Source: Rhizophagus irregularis (Eukaryota). From it: 64,000 nt of DNA. Positions 26,992 through 38,770 of the stretch are shown piece by piece (positions within the stretch are counted from its first letter, which is position 1; each line of letters starts with the position of its first letter). The DNA is taken from NCBI RefSeq assembly GCF_026210795.1, contig NC_089436.1:496001-560000 (forward strand). The letters run 5' to 3'. Made by a program: the position numbers and the translations under genes. The notes below the pieces were generated by a model. That model worked only from the letters and a program-made list of their open reading frames with translations. It had not been told where the DNA came from and did not search any database.

Positions 26992-27265
26992 CAGCAAAAT
27001 TCGAAATATAGTGAACACTTGAAAATTTTTATTGTCGGTACTGGCTAGTCGGGTTATTCACGTAACATATATATATATATGATGGCGTAATATAAAGTAT
27101 AATAAAGTATAATTGTATATACTATATAATGTAATTATGTTAAATTTAATTAAGGTATGCCCGTGTTATTTTCTTTTCTAATAACCAACTAGCCGAGTAA
27201 CCCCGAGTACCCGACAATCCCGACAATAAAAATTTCAAGTGTCCACTATATTTCGAATTTTGCTG
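26992..27265. mobile_element. MITE with about 47-bp TIRs (CAGCAAAATTCG..)
   Basis: TA-cagcaaaattcgaaatatagtgaacacttgaaaatttttattgtcgg pairs with ccgacaataaaaatttcaagtgtccactatatttcgaattttgctg. Confidence 0.85.
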
Positions 27266-27797
27266 TTTTGAATTTTTTATATATTTTCAAATAAAATTAT
27301 CTTATTGGTTAATTCTTGATTAATTATTAATAACTTACCTAATTTATACATTTCTTGCTTATAATTTTTTTAAATCAAATTTATTGGATAAATTATACAG
27401 TAAATCGACTTGATCTTCCATCTTGAATCGGCGGTTTAATTAAACCGTGAATCAAAAATGGTACCACGGTTAAATTGTTTCAACCTCACCTGAAATGAAT
27501 AATAATAATAAAAGAAATTATATACAGTATGTCCTTATATTGGAATATAAAACTAATTTTAAATAGAGATTTGTAAATCATAGTTTCAGTTAAACTAACG
27601 AATAACTTTTGATTTCGTGAATTCTAGAATTTCCATAGTTTCAGAAATTATAGTTTCAGAATGATAAAAATAAGTTTGATTAGCGAATTTCGGGTATATC
27701 ATTTAACTATTAAAGAAATAATAAATAACTTTGATTTGAATATCACAGTTTTAGTTCTATTAAAAAAATACATAAAAATTAAATCAGTTTTAACACT

Positions 27798-27873
27798 ATT
27801 TTAGTACTATTCTAGCGCCATTCTAGCGTTATTCTAGCGTTAATCTAACGCTAATCTAGTACTAATCTAGTAT
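27798..27873 (+). repeat. 11-bp minisatellite, about 7 copies (attctagcgtt / aatctagtact)
   Basis: Directly visible tandem units that drift along the array. Confidence 0.85.
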
Positions 27874-29315
27874 CTGCGGTATTTCTTTCTTGGTTTATTA
27901 AAACACACAATTGTAATTATGTACAATGAACATCAGGTATTATCAAATTTATGCATAATAAGCCTCGTACCATGGAACATGAAATGTACCAATCATAATG
28001 AAATAATCACATAAATATATAAATAACATTAGTCTAATTTGAGAAAACAAAAAGAGAAAATTTTTTTTTTAAAAAAAATAAAATTTGGAAACGAAAATCT
28101 TTTTCTGTAAAACAGAAGAAAAATTCATTTATTGCATTATTTGATGGTCATGGTATTATAAATTTTAAAGCGGATTGATGTCATAGTTTTTTTTTTCTCA
28201 AGTATAAAAAATAACGCAGATTTATTTTGCATTTTGGATTATAAATTTTTTTTTTTGAAATCTAAGAAGAAAAAAAAATTTAAAATTCTAAAGAATTTGG
28301 ATGTAAAAAAAGATTACGAAATCGGAATTTTAATTTAATTTTTTAAAGCATATTTACGTATCAAAGAAACCCCACTGCATAAAAAATTAAACTTTGCTCA
28401 ATTGTTTATAAGTCCGATATAACCTGCTTTCTGCCGAAAAAAAAAAGGGTTCTTACTTTAATTGTAATTCAGCCAATTATTATTCAGCCAAGAAAAAAAA
28501 TCATTTTTCAAGGTAGAATTTCCCTTGCATCAAAAAAAAAATAAGCCTTATCAAATTATTCAGAAACCAATCATTCTAATAAGAAAAAGGATTTTTAGTT
28601 TCACAAAAACGGAGGGATATTATGTTATGAACAGTATATGATGATGAAATGTAATATATATTTAATTTATTTATTTTCCATATTAAGTTTGGTACTCTTT
28701 GTATTCACAGATAAACGTATTATTCTCCTGTAACACAACAAACAATATACGCGTCCCAAAGTTTACAATTGACAAGTTTGTTTCTGTTCGCGCAATAATA
28801 ATTTTCTACGATTGGTCTCATTATTTATTATATATAAACAACTTATTTTCTTAATTTTATTCTCACCTTTTAATTATTTTTTTTTTAAAAAAAAAGAAAA
28901 AAGAAAAAAATATATTTTTTTTCTTTGATTGCACCCTTTGCATCCTTGCATCTAAGAAATCTCCTTTTTACGACTCTTTTTTCCTAAGAAAATATATTCC
29001 ATCAATAAAAAAAAAAATATTTTATACTTTCTTTTTTTAGTATACTTGAAGTATCAAAAATTTAACGATCCAAGAAATTTTTCACAAGGTAAGCGGATCG
29101 TATTTTATAACCTTAAATTCCTTAAATCATAGAAAATTTCTTTAAGAATTTCTTTCTCTAATTTTAGATAAAACCCTATAAAACCCTAGCTTCTTAAGAA
29201 ATTAATGCTTTTTCAAATTTTTATTCAAATTTTTATTCAAATTTTTTACTTAATAAATCTTACCATATTTTACCGAATCTTACCATATTTTACAATTCTT
29301 TTACCCAAACTTGCA

Positions 29316-30178
29316 ATGAATAACACTACTTCTACTTCTATTGTTGTCGAATCTCCAATTTTGACTAGACGTCGCAAAATTTTTGGTACTTGTAAAGGAT
29401 GTAATCAACCAAATACTAATTTTAACGAATGTGATTATTGTATCAAATGGTTAAAGGAACAAGAATCAACCCTTAAATCAATTATTATCCAACGTAAATC
29501 TTTAATTTATAATCAAAGCTGTTATAATTGTAATCAACCAAATCATCTGCATTATAAGATTGCAGCATGTAATAATTGCGGCTTTCCTGAATACAATGTA
29601 CAAGATTTACGTAGTGTAGCTGTTGAAGATATTTATGATGATGAAGATTATGATCATGATGATGATGATGAGAATGAATTTACTGGAATAAAAATTTCTG
29701 ATCTATCATGTTCTAAATGTGATCATCCTATGACAAGTTGGTTAAAATGTCCTGATTATAATGAAATTATTGATATGATCTGTTTTGAATTAAATGAAAT
29801 GAATTTTGATGACCCTGATTATCAAAAATTATGGGAAGCTAAAGAGGTATTTATAAGATGCAAAGATATGATTTGTATTGTATAAATGTAATTTATATTA
29901 TGGCAACCTTTTATTTATTTTCATTTTATTTTTAGAACTATGAAGAATTGCTTCAACAAGAACAAGATGATGACCAATGGGTAACTGAAGATGAAGTTAA
30001 TCAAGATTATGATGATTATGACAATGAAGAAGAATACGAACAATATGATGAAATCATCGAACCAAGAACCGTATTATCCATACTTGGTTTACAAAAGCAA
30101 TATCAAAATTATTTTCATCCTTCAAGTTTGCAGGATCAAACAAAATGTTTATCTTTATGTCTAAAGATCAAGGTTTAA
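29316..30178 (+). CDS. Orphan protein with three CxxC..CxxC Zn-ribbon-like motifs and Asp/Glu-rich tracts
   Basis: Exons 29316-29846 and 29936-30178 join in frame (gtattt..ttag). Candidate 5'-UTR intron at 29089-29167. ATTGG (about 28811) and TATATAAA (about 28831) lie upstream. Confidence 0.7.
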
Positions 30179-30183
30179 AAAAA

Positions 30184-30319
30184 ATTACATACAATTATTA
30201 CATGCAACTATTACATGCCACTATTACATGCAATTATTACATGCAACTTATTACATGCAACTATTACATACCACTATTACATGCAAATATTACATGCAAT
30301 TATTACAATTATTACATGC
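30184..30319 (+). repeat. 13-bp minisatellite, about 10 copies (attacatgcaact)
   Basis: Tandem units start immediately after the stop codon at 30178. Confidence 0.95.
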
Positions 30320-30547
30320 GTTAATAAGGGTACTTTTATATTTTTTGGAGGGAATAAATTTCATGCAATAATAAGGGTACTTATTGGGATAATCTTATAA
30401 TCGGTTACTCTATATATATTTTTTTATTATTTTTGTTATTTCCATTTTGTATTTTGATTTTTCTTCTTATTTTATTATAACGTACATCAACAAATTATAA
30501 AAAAAATATAAATATTTTAAAAATGAATTGCCGCGTGTGTGATTATT

Positions 30548-30900
30548 AGTGAAATACTCGTGTCTATTATTTGATTGGTATTCGACGAGTTCTCGGTAAC
30601 TCGCCTCCATGTGACCACATCCAACGAGTGGAGTATCGAAATACTTAAAATTGAATCATGTCTATATCTGATTATGTGACTACATTCGAGCAGTGAAATA
30701 CTTAAAATTGAATTATGTCTATGTCTGATTATTTCACGACCACATTTGACGAGTGAAACAGTGAATACTTAAAATTGAATTGTTTCGCTATCTAATTATT
30801 TCTTGGTGACTCGTGACCGCATTCGACGATTGGAGTAGTGAAATACTTAAAATTGAATTATTTGTATATTTATTACGTCTAGGTGACGCAGTGAAATAAA
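30548..30900 (+). repeat. Modular repeat array, block 1 (about 6 units)
   Basis: Core agtgaaatacttaaaattgaattatgtctatatct followed by variable tails built from gtgactcgtgaccacattcgacgag and tggag modules. Confidence 0.9.
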
Positions 30901-31344
30901 TAAACATGTTAATAAGTAATGATAAGGATTCCATTAAAAAAAAAAAGAGATTATCATACTTTTCGAAGACTTTTTTTAATTAGAAAACTCTAAACCAAAA
31001 ATACCACTTGAAAATGAAAATCATTTCAAATACCTGATTTATATTCGAATTGGAATGGAGAAGCTAAGATCATGGTCATAAGAATGAAAAAATTGTTTAG
31101 ACGTAGAAATAAATTAATAAATAAAATATTTAAAATAAATAAAGAACTAAAGAATAAACATCTTACCTGCTCAAACCTTCTGATACTATTATTACATTAA
31201 TATGATAATGTTAAAATTTTATTTGATAAAATAAAAAGTATTATTTTCGGATTACGCAATCAAAAGAAATCGAAACAGAACCCACAGAAATAGGAAGGAA
31301 AAAAATCAAAAAAAAAGAAAAAAAAATTATACATATATATTATA

Positions 31345-32595
31345 CATATACATAAAATTGAATTATTTCTATATCTGATTATTTCGTGACGAGTGGAGCA
31401 GCAGTGAATACTTAAAATTGAATTATGTCTATTTCTCGGTAACATCGTGACCACATTCGACGAGTTCAACAGTGAAATATTTAAAATTGAATCATTTTAT
31501 ATCTATTACGCCTCGGTGACAAAATTGGATCGTGATTATGTCTTGGCGACGAGTGGAGTAGTGAAATACTTAAAATTGAATTATGTCTAATGTCTATTAT
31601 TTGATTGTCTCGGCGATGAGTGGAGCAGTGAATACTTGAATTGTTTCTATATCTATTACGAGTGGAGCAGTGAAATACATAAAATTGAATTATGTCTATA
31701 TCTGATTATTTCGCGGTGACTCGTGACCACAATCGACGAGTGGAGCAATGAAATACTTAAAATTGAATCATTGTCTAATGTCTATTATTTTGATTGTCTC
31801 GGCGATGGGTATATTTAAATTGAATTTTTTCTATATCTATTACGTCTCGGAGCAGCGAAGTACATAAAAATTGTATTATTTCTATATCTAATTATTTCGT
31901 GATCACATTCGACGAGAAGCACTTAAAATTGAATTGTTTCTATATCTATTACGTCTCGGTGACAAGTGGAGTAGTGAAATACATAAATTGAATTATTTCT
32001 ATATCTAATTATTTTTTGGTGACTCGTGACCACATTCGACGAGAAGTACTTAAAATTGAATTGGTTCTATATCTATTACGTCTCGGTGACGAGTGGAGCT
32101 GTGAATACTTGAATTGTTTCTATATCTATTACGAGTGGAGTAGTGAAATACATAAAATTGAATTATTTTTATATCTAATTATTTCTTGGTGACTCGTGAC
32201 CACATTTGACGAGTTACAACAGTGAAATATTTAAAACTAATTGAATCATTTCTATATCTATTACGCCTCGGTAACCATGTCTATACCTTATTATGCCTCG
32301 TGTGACGAATGAAACAGTGAAATACATAAAATTGAATCATGTCTAATGTCTATTATTTTGATTCTCGACGATGAGTGGAGCAGGGAATACTTAATTTGAA
32401 TTCTATTATGTCTCGGTGACGAGTAGGCAGTGAAATACATAAAATTGAATTATGGTATGACGAATGAAGTAGTGAAATACATAAAATTGAATTACGTCTA
32501 TATCTAATTATTTCTCGGTGACTCGTGACCACCATTCGGCGTGAACTCGTCTCCATGTGGGCAAGACTTGAAATTGAATCATGTCTATATTTTCC
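31345..32595 (+). repeat. Modular repeat array, block 2 (about 20 units of about 42-95 bp)
   Basis: Same core as block 1, with higher-order duplications: the unit at 31627 matches the unit at 32100, and 31403-31626 resembles 32142-32381. Confidence 0.95.
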
Positions 32596-32648
32596 ATGAG
32601 ACATTGTTTTGTACCACCATTCGATAAACACGTTCGATGAGCTTATCT

Positions 32649-32768
32649 ACGACCACACATGAACACATATTTGACGACCTTACCTTACTTATGACCACAC
32701 ATGAACATTTTTACCTTACTTATGAACACACATTTGACGACCTACACATTTTTTATGACCATACATTT
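32649..32768 (+). repeat. Imperfect tandem repeat (gaccacacatgaacac..ttaccttacttat)
   Basis: 3-4 degenerate copies directly after the array. Confidence 0.75.
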
Positions 32769-33169
32769 CACATGAAAAAACTAATTCTTTTCTACACCAA
32801 TCAAAATAAAAATTCAGGAACTAAATTTATTATGAAAATCTAAAAAGATTTTATATAATTGCATAATCTTGGCAAAGCAAGATTATTATTAGTGCCAAAA
32901 AAAATAAATGAAAATCTATTAAAAGACTAATGTATAATGCCAATTATAAGAAGATGAACTAAACTCATTTTTACATAACTAATATTTATTTTCGGATTAA
33001 TATACATTTTTCTTTTTTTTTAAAAAAAATTAATTTATTTATTATGCAAGAATTTAGGTACATAATTTAAAAAAAAATCATTCCCAATTTTACAACAATG
33101 TGATTTTTTTTTTAAAAAAAAACGAGGTATGAAAAGAAGAGTTTGAAGGATTTTTTATATGAACTAATA

Positions 33170-33296
33170 AAATTTTATACTAGTCTAGAATTTTTATACT
33201 AATCCAGAATTTTATATTAATCTAGAATTTTATATTAGTCTAAAATTTTTATATTACTATAATTTTTATACTACTATAAAATTTATACTACTATAA
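33170..33296 (+). repeat. 18-19-bp minisatellite, about 7 copies (aattttatactagtctag / aatttttatactactat)
   Basis: Directly visible tandem units. Confidence 0.85.
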
Positions 33297-35627
33297 AAAA
33301 ATTTAAAATTTATGATTTATTTTGATTATAATTAAAAAACAAAATTAAACGTAACATAAACATTAAAAGATCATAATTTTTAAATAATTCTACAATGAAC
33401 TAAATCAAAAGTTTATTTTTTTTTGTGATATATTAAAAAAATATTTTAAATGAAAATAAGGGTGGGGTTTAAAAAAAAATTATTTATATTTTGTAAACAT
33501 TAAATAAATCTTTAAAATTTATTAAAAATACCAAAAATAGAAACTTGTGTGATATATCTGGTATATTTTAAATAATTTTTGATTATACAAAAATAGAAAA
33601 TCATGTATAAAGGGTTACATTGTTAAATTTATTCATTACCATTTTAGGTAATAAATTGAATATTAAATTTTGTGAAAAGGAAGATTCTTTTTTTAGATAT
33701 CACGTCATTTTTAATACAATTAATACATTTGTAATACCTTATTATCCGATTATTAATCGTTAAAAAAAAAAAATAGTATTTTTACCGCAATTGTCGTTAT
33801 TACCGTATTTATTATTATCCTCCGAATTTCCACGGCTCGGCTTGGCTCGCATTATATCAATTTTGGTCTATACATTAACAATTTTTAGGTCTGCATTATG
33901 ACATCTTACAATAAAAAAAAGGGGGGAAGGTTATACGGACACGAGGATTATTAGTTATTGTTGAGGTATCGAGAATTATTGAATTACTTCTTTTTTAAGA
34001 TCTTTTTTAAGGAGTATCAGGTAATTGTTTATAATCAAAACGTAATTTAACATTAGAAAAGTTAAGATCATAGAAATCATATAATTATTTTAAATCAAAA
34101 AATCAAAAAAAATCTCGTTAAACTTTTTTTATAATTATCCCAAAATGAAATATATTCAGATTTATTTATTATTTTCCATATGTGAGATTCAATCTTTTTT
34201 TTAAAATCTATTGTTTCCATAAAAGGCGTACAACCAACAAAGAAAAAACGAGTATTAATAACAAGGAGTTATTGTTATCTAAAAAAAAAAAAAAAAAAAA
34301 TATTTTTTTTTTGCATGTGCAAGATGGCGTGATTAAATAAGCAAAAATCTGAAAAAAAAAACTGGTTTTTTTTATTACATATTGAAATCGTATTGTGAAA
34401 AAAAAAAAAAAATTTTCCACGCGAAATTTTTTTTAAAAAGAGATTCCAAATAAGGGAAACATTAATGTTTATTAATGTTACATTTTTAAAAAGAGTAAGG
34501 TATCGTAAGTTAATTGTGAGTATCCGTGAGTATCGTGAGTATAAATGTTAAATGACTTGCATAATTTTTTTTAAAAATAATAAATTTTAATTTGTTCAAA
34601 GAAATTTTATATAATATTATATATAAAATACTGATATAGGTAATTAATAGACAATAATATCTTTCAATCAGTCAATCATCAATAGTTCATAATCAATCAA
34701 ATAATAATCAAATATGAATGAAGCTCCCCAAAAAAAAAAAATTCTTTGATGAAAAAAAAATATTCGATAAAAAAAAATTATTCGATAAAAAAAAATTTAT
34801 TTGATGAAAAAAAAATTTTTTTTTTCAAAAAAGAATGACAATTTTGACAATATTGTTAAAAGGACGTGTTACTCATTTTATTTCACTTTCACTTTTAAAT
34901 ATTATATACTTTAAAAAATATAAGTTTATTTTTAGTGGTTCATTTTTTCATTTTATATTTCTATTTTAGGTATTTTTTTAAAAGTTTGTTACCAAAAATG
35001 AAAATAAGCTATAATATCTGCTATCTGTTATATATCTTGTTCTATTTTGTTCTATTCATCTTTTTTTTTTCGCGCCTCCCCCTTATTTTTATAATATTAT
35101 TATTATTATATAATACCGTATTCATATATATATATCAATATTATCAACAATATATCAAAAAAAAAAAGAGAGTTGGTCACACTACATAATTTACAATTTA
35201 TATATTAACAAATAACATTCGGATTTTACCCTTATTTTTTTTATTCATATTAAATTATCAGACTAAACCGAAAGTTTGTTTTCAATGATCTTCCAGATAT
35301 TATTAACTTACTATATAATTTTAATTGATTGAGTTACATTTAAAGTAAAAAGCAAATAATAATGCATGTAATAAAAGAATTTTATCTTACACTACATTAC
35401 AGAAAGGGTAAAAAAAACGAGTCATCTGTTTACTTCAAAAAAATTTATATATAAATTTGATAAGAAAAAAAAAAGGTAAAAAAAAAATAAAAAAATAAAA
35501 ATAAAAAAAAAAATTAATTTTTTTTTTTTTTCTTTCTCAACTTTCAAAATTTTTTTATTTTAAAAAAAAAAACAAATAAATAAAATAAAATAATTTTTTT
35601 ATAATTTTTTTTTCCCATGAAAAAATT

Positions 35628-37856
35628 ATGAAAAAATTCTTACAATTTAATAAAAATCGTAACCCAGGTGGTGGTCGACAAATAAGAAATAGTTTCGCTT
35701 TTTTTCGTGCCCAAGATGAAGGTATATCAAATACTAATATACCTACATCATCATTAAGGGAATCAAAAAGAGAATCAAAATTAGAATCAAAAAGAGAATC
35801 AAAGAGAGAATCAAAGAGAGAATCAAAAAGAGAATCAAAACGATTACAACAAGATGTTGAAGGTATTGGATATGGTATTGGTGCTGGTATAGGTAATAAA
35901 CCTGAAAAAGAATTCGCTTCAGGTATAAAAAATTATTTAACAAAAAAGAAAAGTCGAACAAGTCAAAGGCAATCAGTAGCACAAAATGTACGTTCTTCTA
36001 CTATTGAAACTTCTACTATAAATGATTTAAGAGAAGAAATACAACAACGTGAAGCTAATGTTTTGGCTTTAGAGAGTAGAATAAAACTTATTGAATCAGA
36101 AAAAGAGAAAGTTACACAAGAATCAAATAAATTACATTTATTATTTAAAGAAAAGGATAAAGAGATAAATGATCTTAAAAATTTATTATCAGAACATGAT
36201 CATTCAACTGATGAATTAAGTGATTCTGTAAATAAAATTAAAAGAGAAAAGAACATTTTACAAATTGAACTTGATAAAACAAAATCTGAATTAAAAGTTC
36301 GTGAAGGTGAAATAAGAGAATTAAATTTTTCTTTATTAGAATGTGCTCATGATTTACAAGCTGCAAAAAATGATTTGGCTGCTACTATAACTGAAACTGA
36401 TGCTGTATTAGATGATTTACATTCTCAATTAAAAGAACGTGAAGAAATTATAATCGCTCATGATGCTAAAATAAAATCTTTACAACATGATTTTGAAGTT
36501 ACTCAACAAGATCTTACAAATGTTAAATCTGATTTGGAATCTACTCAATCCATGTGTAACGCTGAAATTGAAGCTACTCAAGCTATGTGTTCTGCTGAAA
36601 TTGAAGCAACTAAAGCTAAAACTTTGGCTGAAATTGGTGTTATAAGAGCAAAATATGCTGCTGAACTTCATGCTGCAAAAGAAGAACATGCTGATGAATT
36701 AGAAGCAACAAAAGCTCAACTTACTTTTTTTAAATCTCAATTGGATTCAACAAAAGCTCAACTTTCTTTTACAAAATCAAAACTTGAATGGGCAAAAGCT
36801 GATTTATCTTCTATTAAAGGTTCTCTTGATAATACAAAAGTTGAACTTGCTGCTGTTAATAATCAATTTAAACGTCAAACTTCTGAATTAAAATCAATAA
36901 AATCAAAACTTGATGATGCTAATGTAATGATTTCTGATAGAGATGGTTTAACTTCTTTTATAATACAAGTTTATCAAGAAGATATTAAAATTGAAAAAGA
37001 TCGTTCAAATGCTGAACTTGAAGATATTCAAGAACAACTTAATAAAATTAAAACCATTCATGATAAAGAAAAGAAATCAAATGCAAAAACCATTAAACAA
37101 TTATCAAATCAAGTTCAAAATTTAACAAATCAACAAGGTAATTATTATTATATTTTCGATTGTATATAATACGACGAGTCAACGATATTAATATAATTCT
37201 TTTATATAGTTCAAGAAAGGGCCAAATCATATCAATTAGAAGGAGAGAACGCAAAATTACGAAAACAACTTGAACAGACAAGATCACAAGGTAAAATAAA
37301 CCATTTCAATTATTATACATATTTTATACATATTTAATATATTTAATACATATTTACTCGATCACCATCAAACTCACATCACCAATTCTCATCATCATAG
37401 TTTCAGAACATGAATTAATGAAAGAAGAAATCGCTCGTTTACAGACACAAGTTATACAGTTAAAGAATAAGAAACGACGAAGTATCGTTGCTCAAATGGG
37501 TGAACCAAAATCTCCTATATCTACGGTAACTACTGTAGCAACAACAGCTCTATCAACACCACCTGAATCTCCTTGTAATTCATATTCTAGCAACGATTTA
37601 TTTGATGAATTAAATAAAGCTGATCAAAATTTCAATGAAGACAACCAAGTCAATGGTGGTGGAGTAGTAACTGAAGATTGGGTAACTGTAACGAAAAGAA
37701 ATAGTAATAGGCGATCAAGAAGTTCGCTTCGTGGTAATAAAACATCATCTCGAGGACGAAGGGTGAGTTTTGTTTTCATATTTACACAAATTAGCTAAAA
37801 ATAAATATAATACAAAATTCTAACATGAATTCTTTTTGATTTTTACAAAGTATTAG
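35628..37856 (+). CDS. Long coiled-coil protein (about 650 aa) of unknown function
   Basis: Exons 35628-37137, 37210-37290, 37401-37762 and 37851-37856 join in frame with canonical splice sites. Heptad-rich E/K/L/Q composition and Ser/Arg-rich termini. Confidence 0.85.
35760..35843 (+). repeat. 12-bp in-frame repeat x7 (ESKR)
   Basis: gaatcaaa[a/g]aga in tandem; the protein reads RESKRESKLESKRESKRESKRESKR. Confidence 0.95.
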
Positions 37857-38644
37857 ACGTCATCGATGTTAAATTCATTGAATTTCAGTCATGGTCCGAC
37901 ATTTTCTCTTTAATCATCATTTTATTTTAAAAAAAAAAAATATGGTTTCAAGAAATAATTATGCTTATAATAATTTACGATTATATATATAATATATATA
38001 AATAATACATTATAAATAAAATTTCTCATACATTAATCACGAATTCAATCAACATCCATCATCAATCGCATATTTTTTCTTTTCTTTTATTTGCATTTTT
38101 TAATTACTTTAAATATGTATTTATTTATTTGTGAACAATTTCCTTTATTTTTTTTTTATTTAATTACCGAAATTACCGAGGAAAAAAAAATATTAATTTT
38201 TCGAATTTTTTTTTCTTAACATTCTTTTTTTGTATTTTTATATTATCTGTAATGTTTTTTTTCTTTTCAATTTTTCTTTTCAATTTTTTTTCATTTTTTT
38301 TTTCAATTTTTTGTGATGAAAAAAAAGTTGAACATCTCAACGAACGTTGAATCTTAAACGAACGAACGAACAAAAAAAAAGAAACTAGTTTAAAAAAATT
38401 TATATCCCTAAAAAAACAACCTTTCGAGAAAAAAAAATTTTTATTTAATTACATTATTATTTTTGTTGCCAATGTAAATGTTTAATAGCGAATTTAATAG
38501 TAATATTTTTTTTTTCCTTTACAAATTTACAAATCAAAAAAAAAAAATCATCAAAAAATAAAAAAAAAAAGTACGATAATAATTTCTAATCTCATTTTTC
38601 GTATGATAACTAATGATTTCAATATATCTCATCTCATTATTGCG

Positions 38645-38770
38645 ATTAATTACTCGTTATCTTACTACTTGTTACCGATTACTTATTCCTATTACTCGCT
38701 ACCGATTAATCACTCATTACTCATTGCTCATTGCTCATTACCCGCTACTTATTCCATCTTATTATTCGTT
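38645..38770 (+). repeat. Degenerate 7-bp-period low-complexity repeat (tactcat/tgctcat)
   Basis: ttactcg, ttacttatt, tcactcattactcattgctcattgctcatt. Confidence 0.6.

Noticed and set aside
29205..29315. Hydrophobic N-terminal extension as a signal peptide
   Set aside because: Derived from T-rich short repeats (ttcaaattttta x3, ttaccatatttt x2). ATG 29316 is the more plausible start, although not proven.
30215..30400. ORF MPLLHAIIT..
   Set aside because: Translation of the 13-bp minisatellite.
30548..32595. CRISPR array
   Set aside because: The tails are homologous to each other and variable in length, the core is degenerate, there are no cas genes, and the context is eukaryotic.
31260..32631. 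Minus-strand ORFs (69 and 92 aa) with repeated NSILCIS peptides
   Set aside because: By-products of the DNA repeat. Unit lengths are not multiples of three and stops are frequent.
34208..35189. Phe/Ile/Lys-rich short ORFs (also 9262-9555, 38173-38941, 50063-51573, 56149-56515)
   Set aside because: Translations of poly-A/T low-complexity DNA with no domain features.
35743..37287. Antisense ORFs inside the coiled-coil gene (likewise 3568-3807, 5484-5951, 42698-42946)
   Set aside because: Shadow frames of real coding exons.
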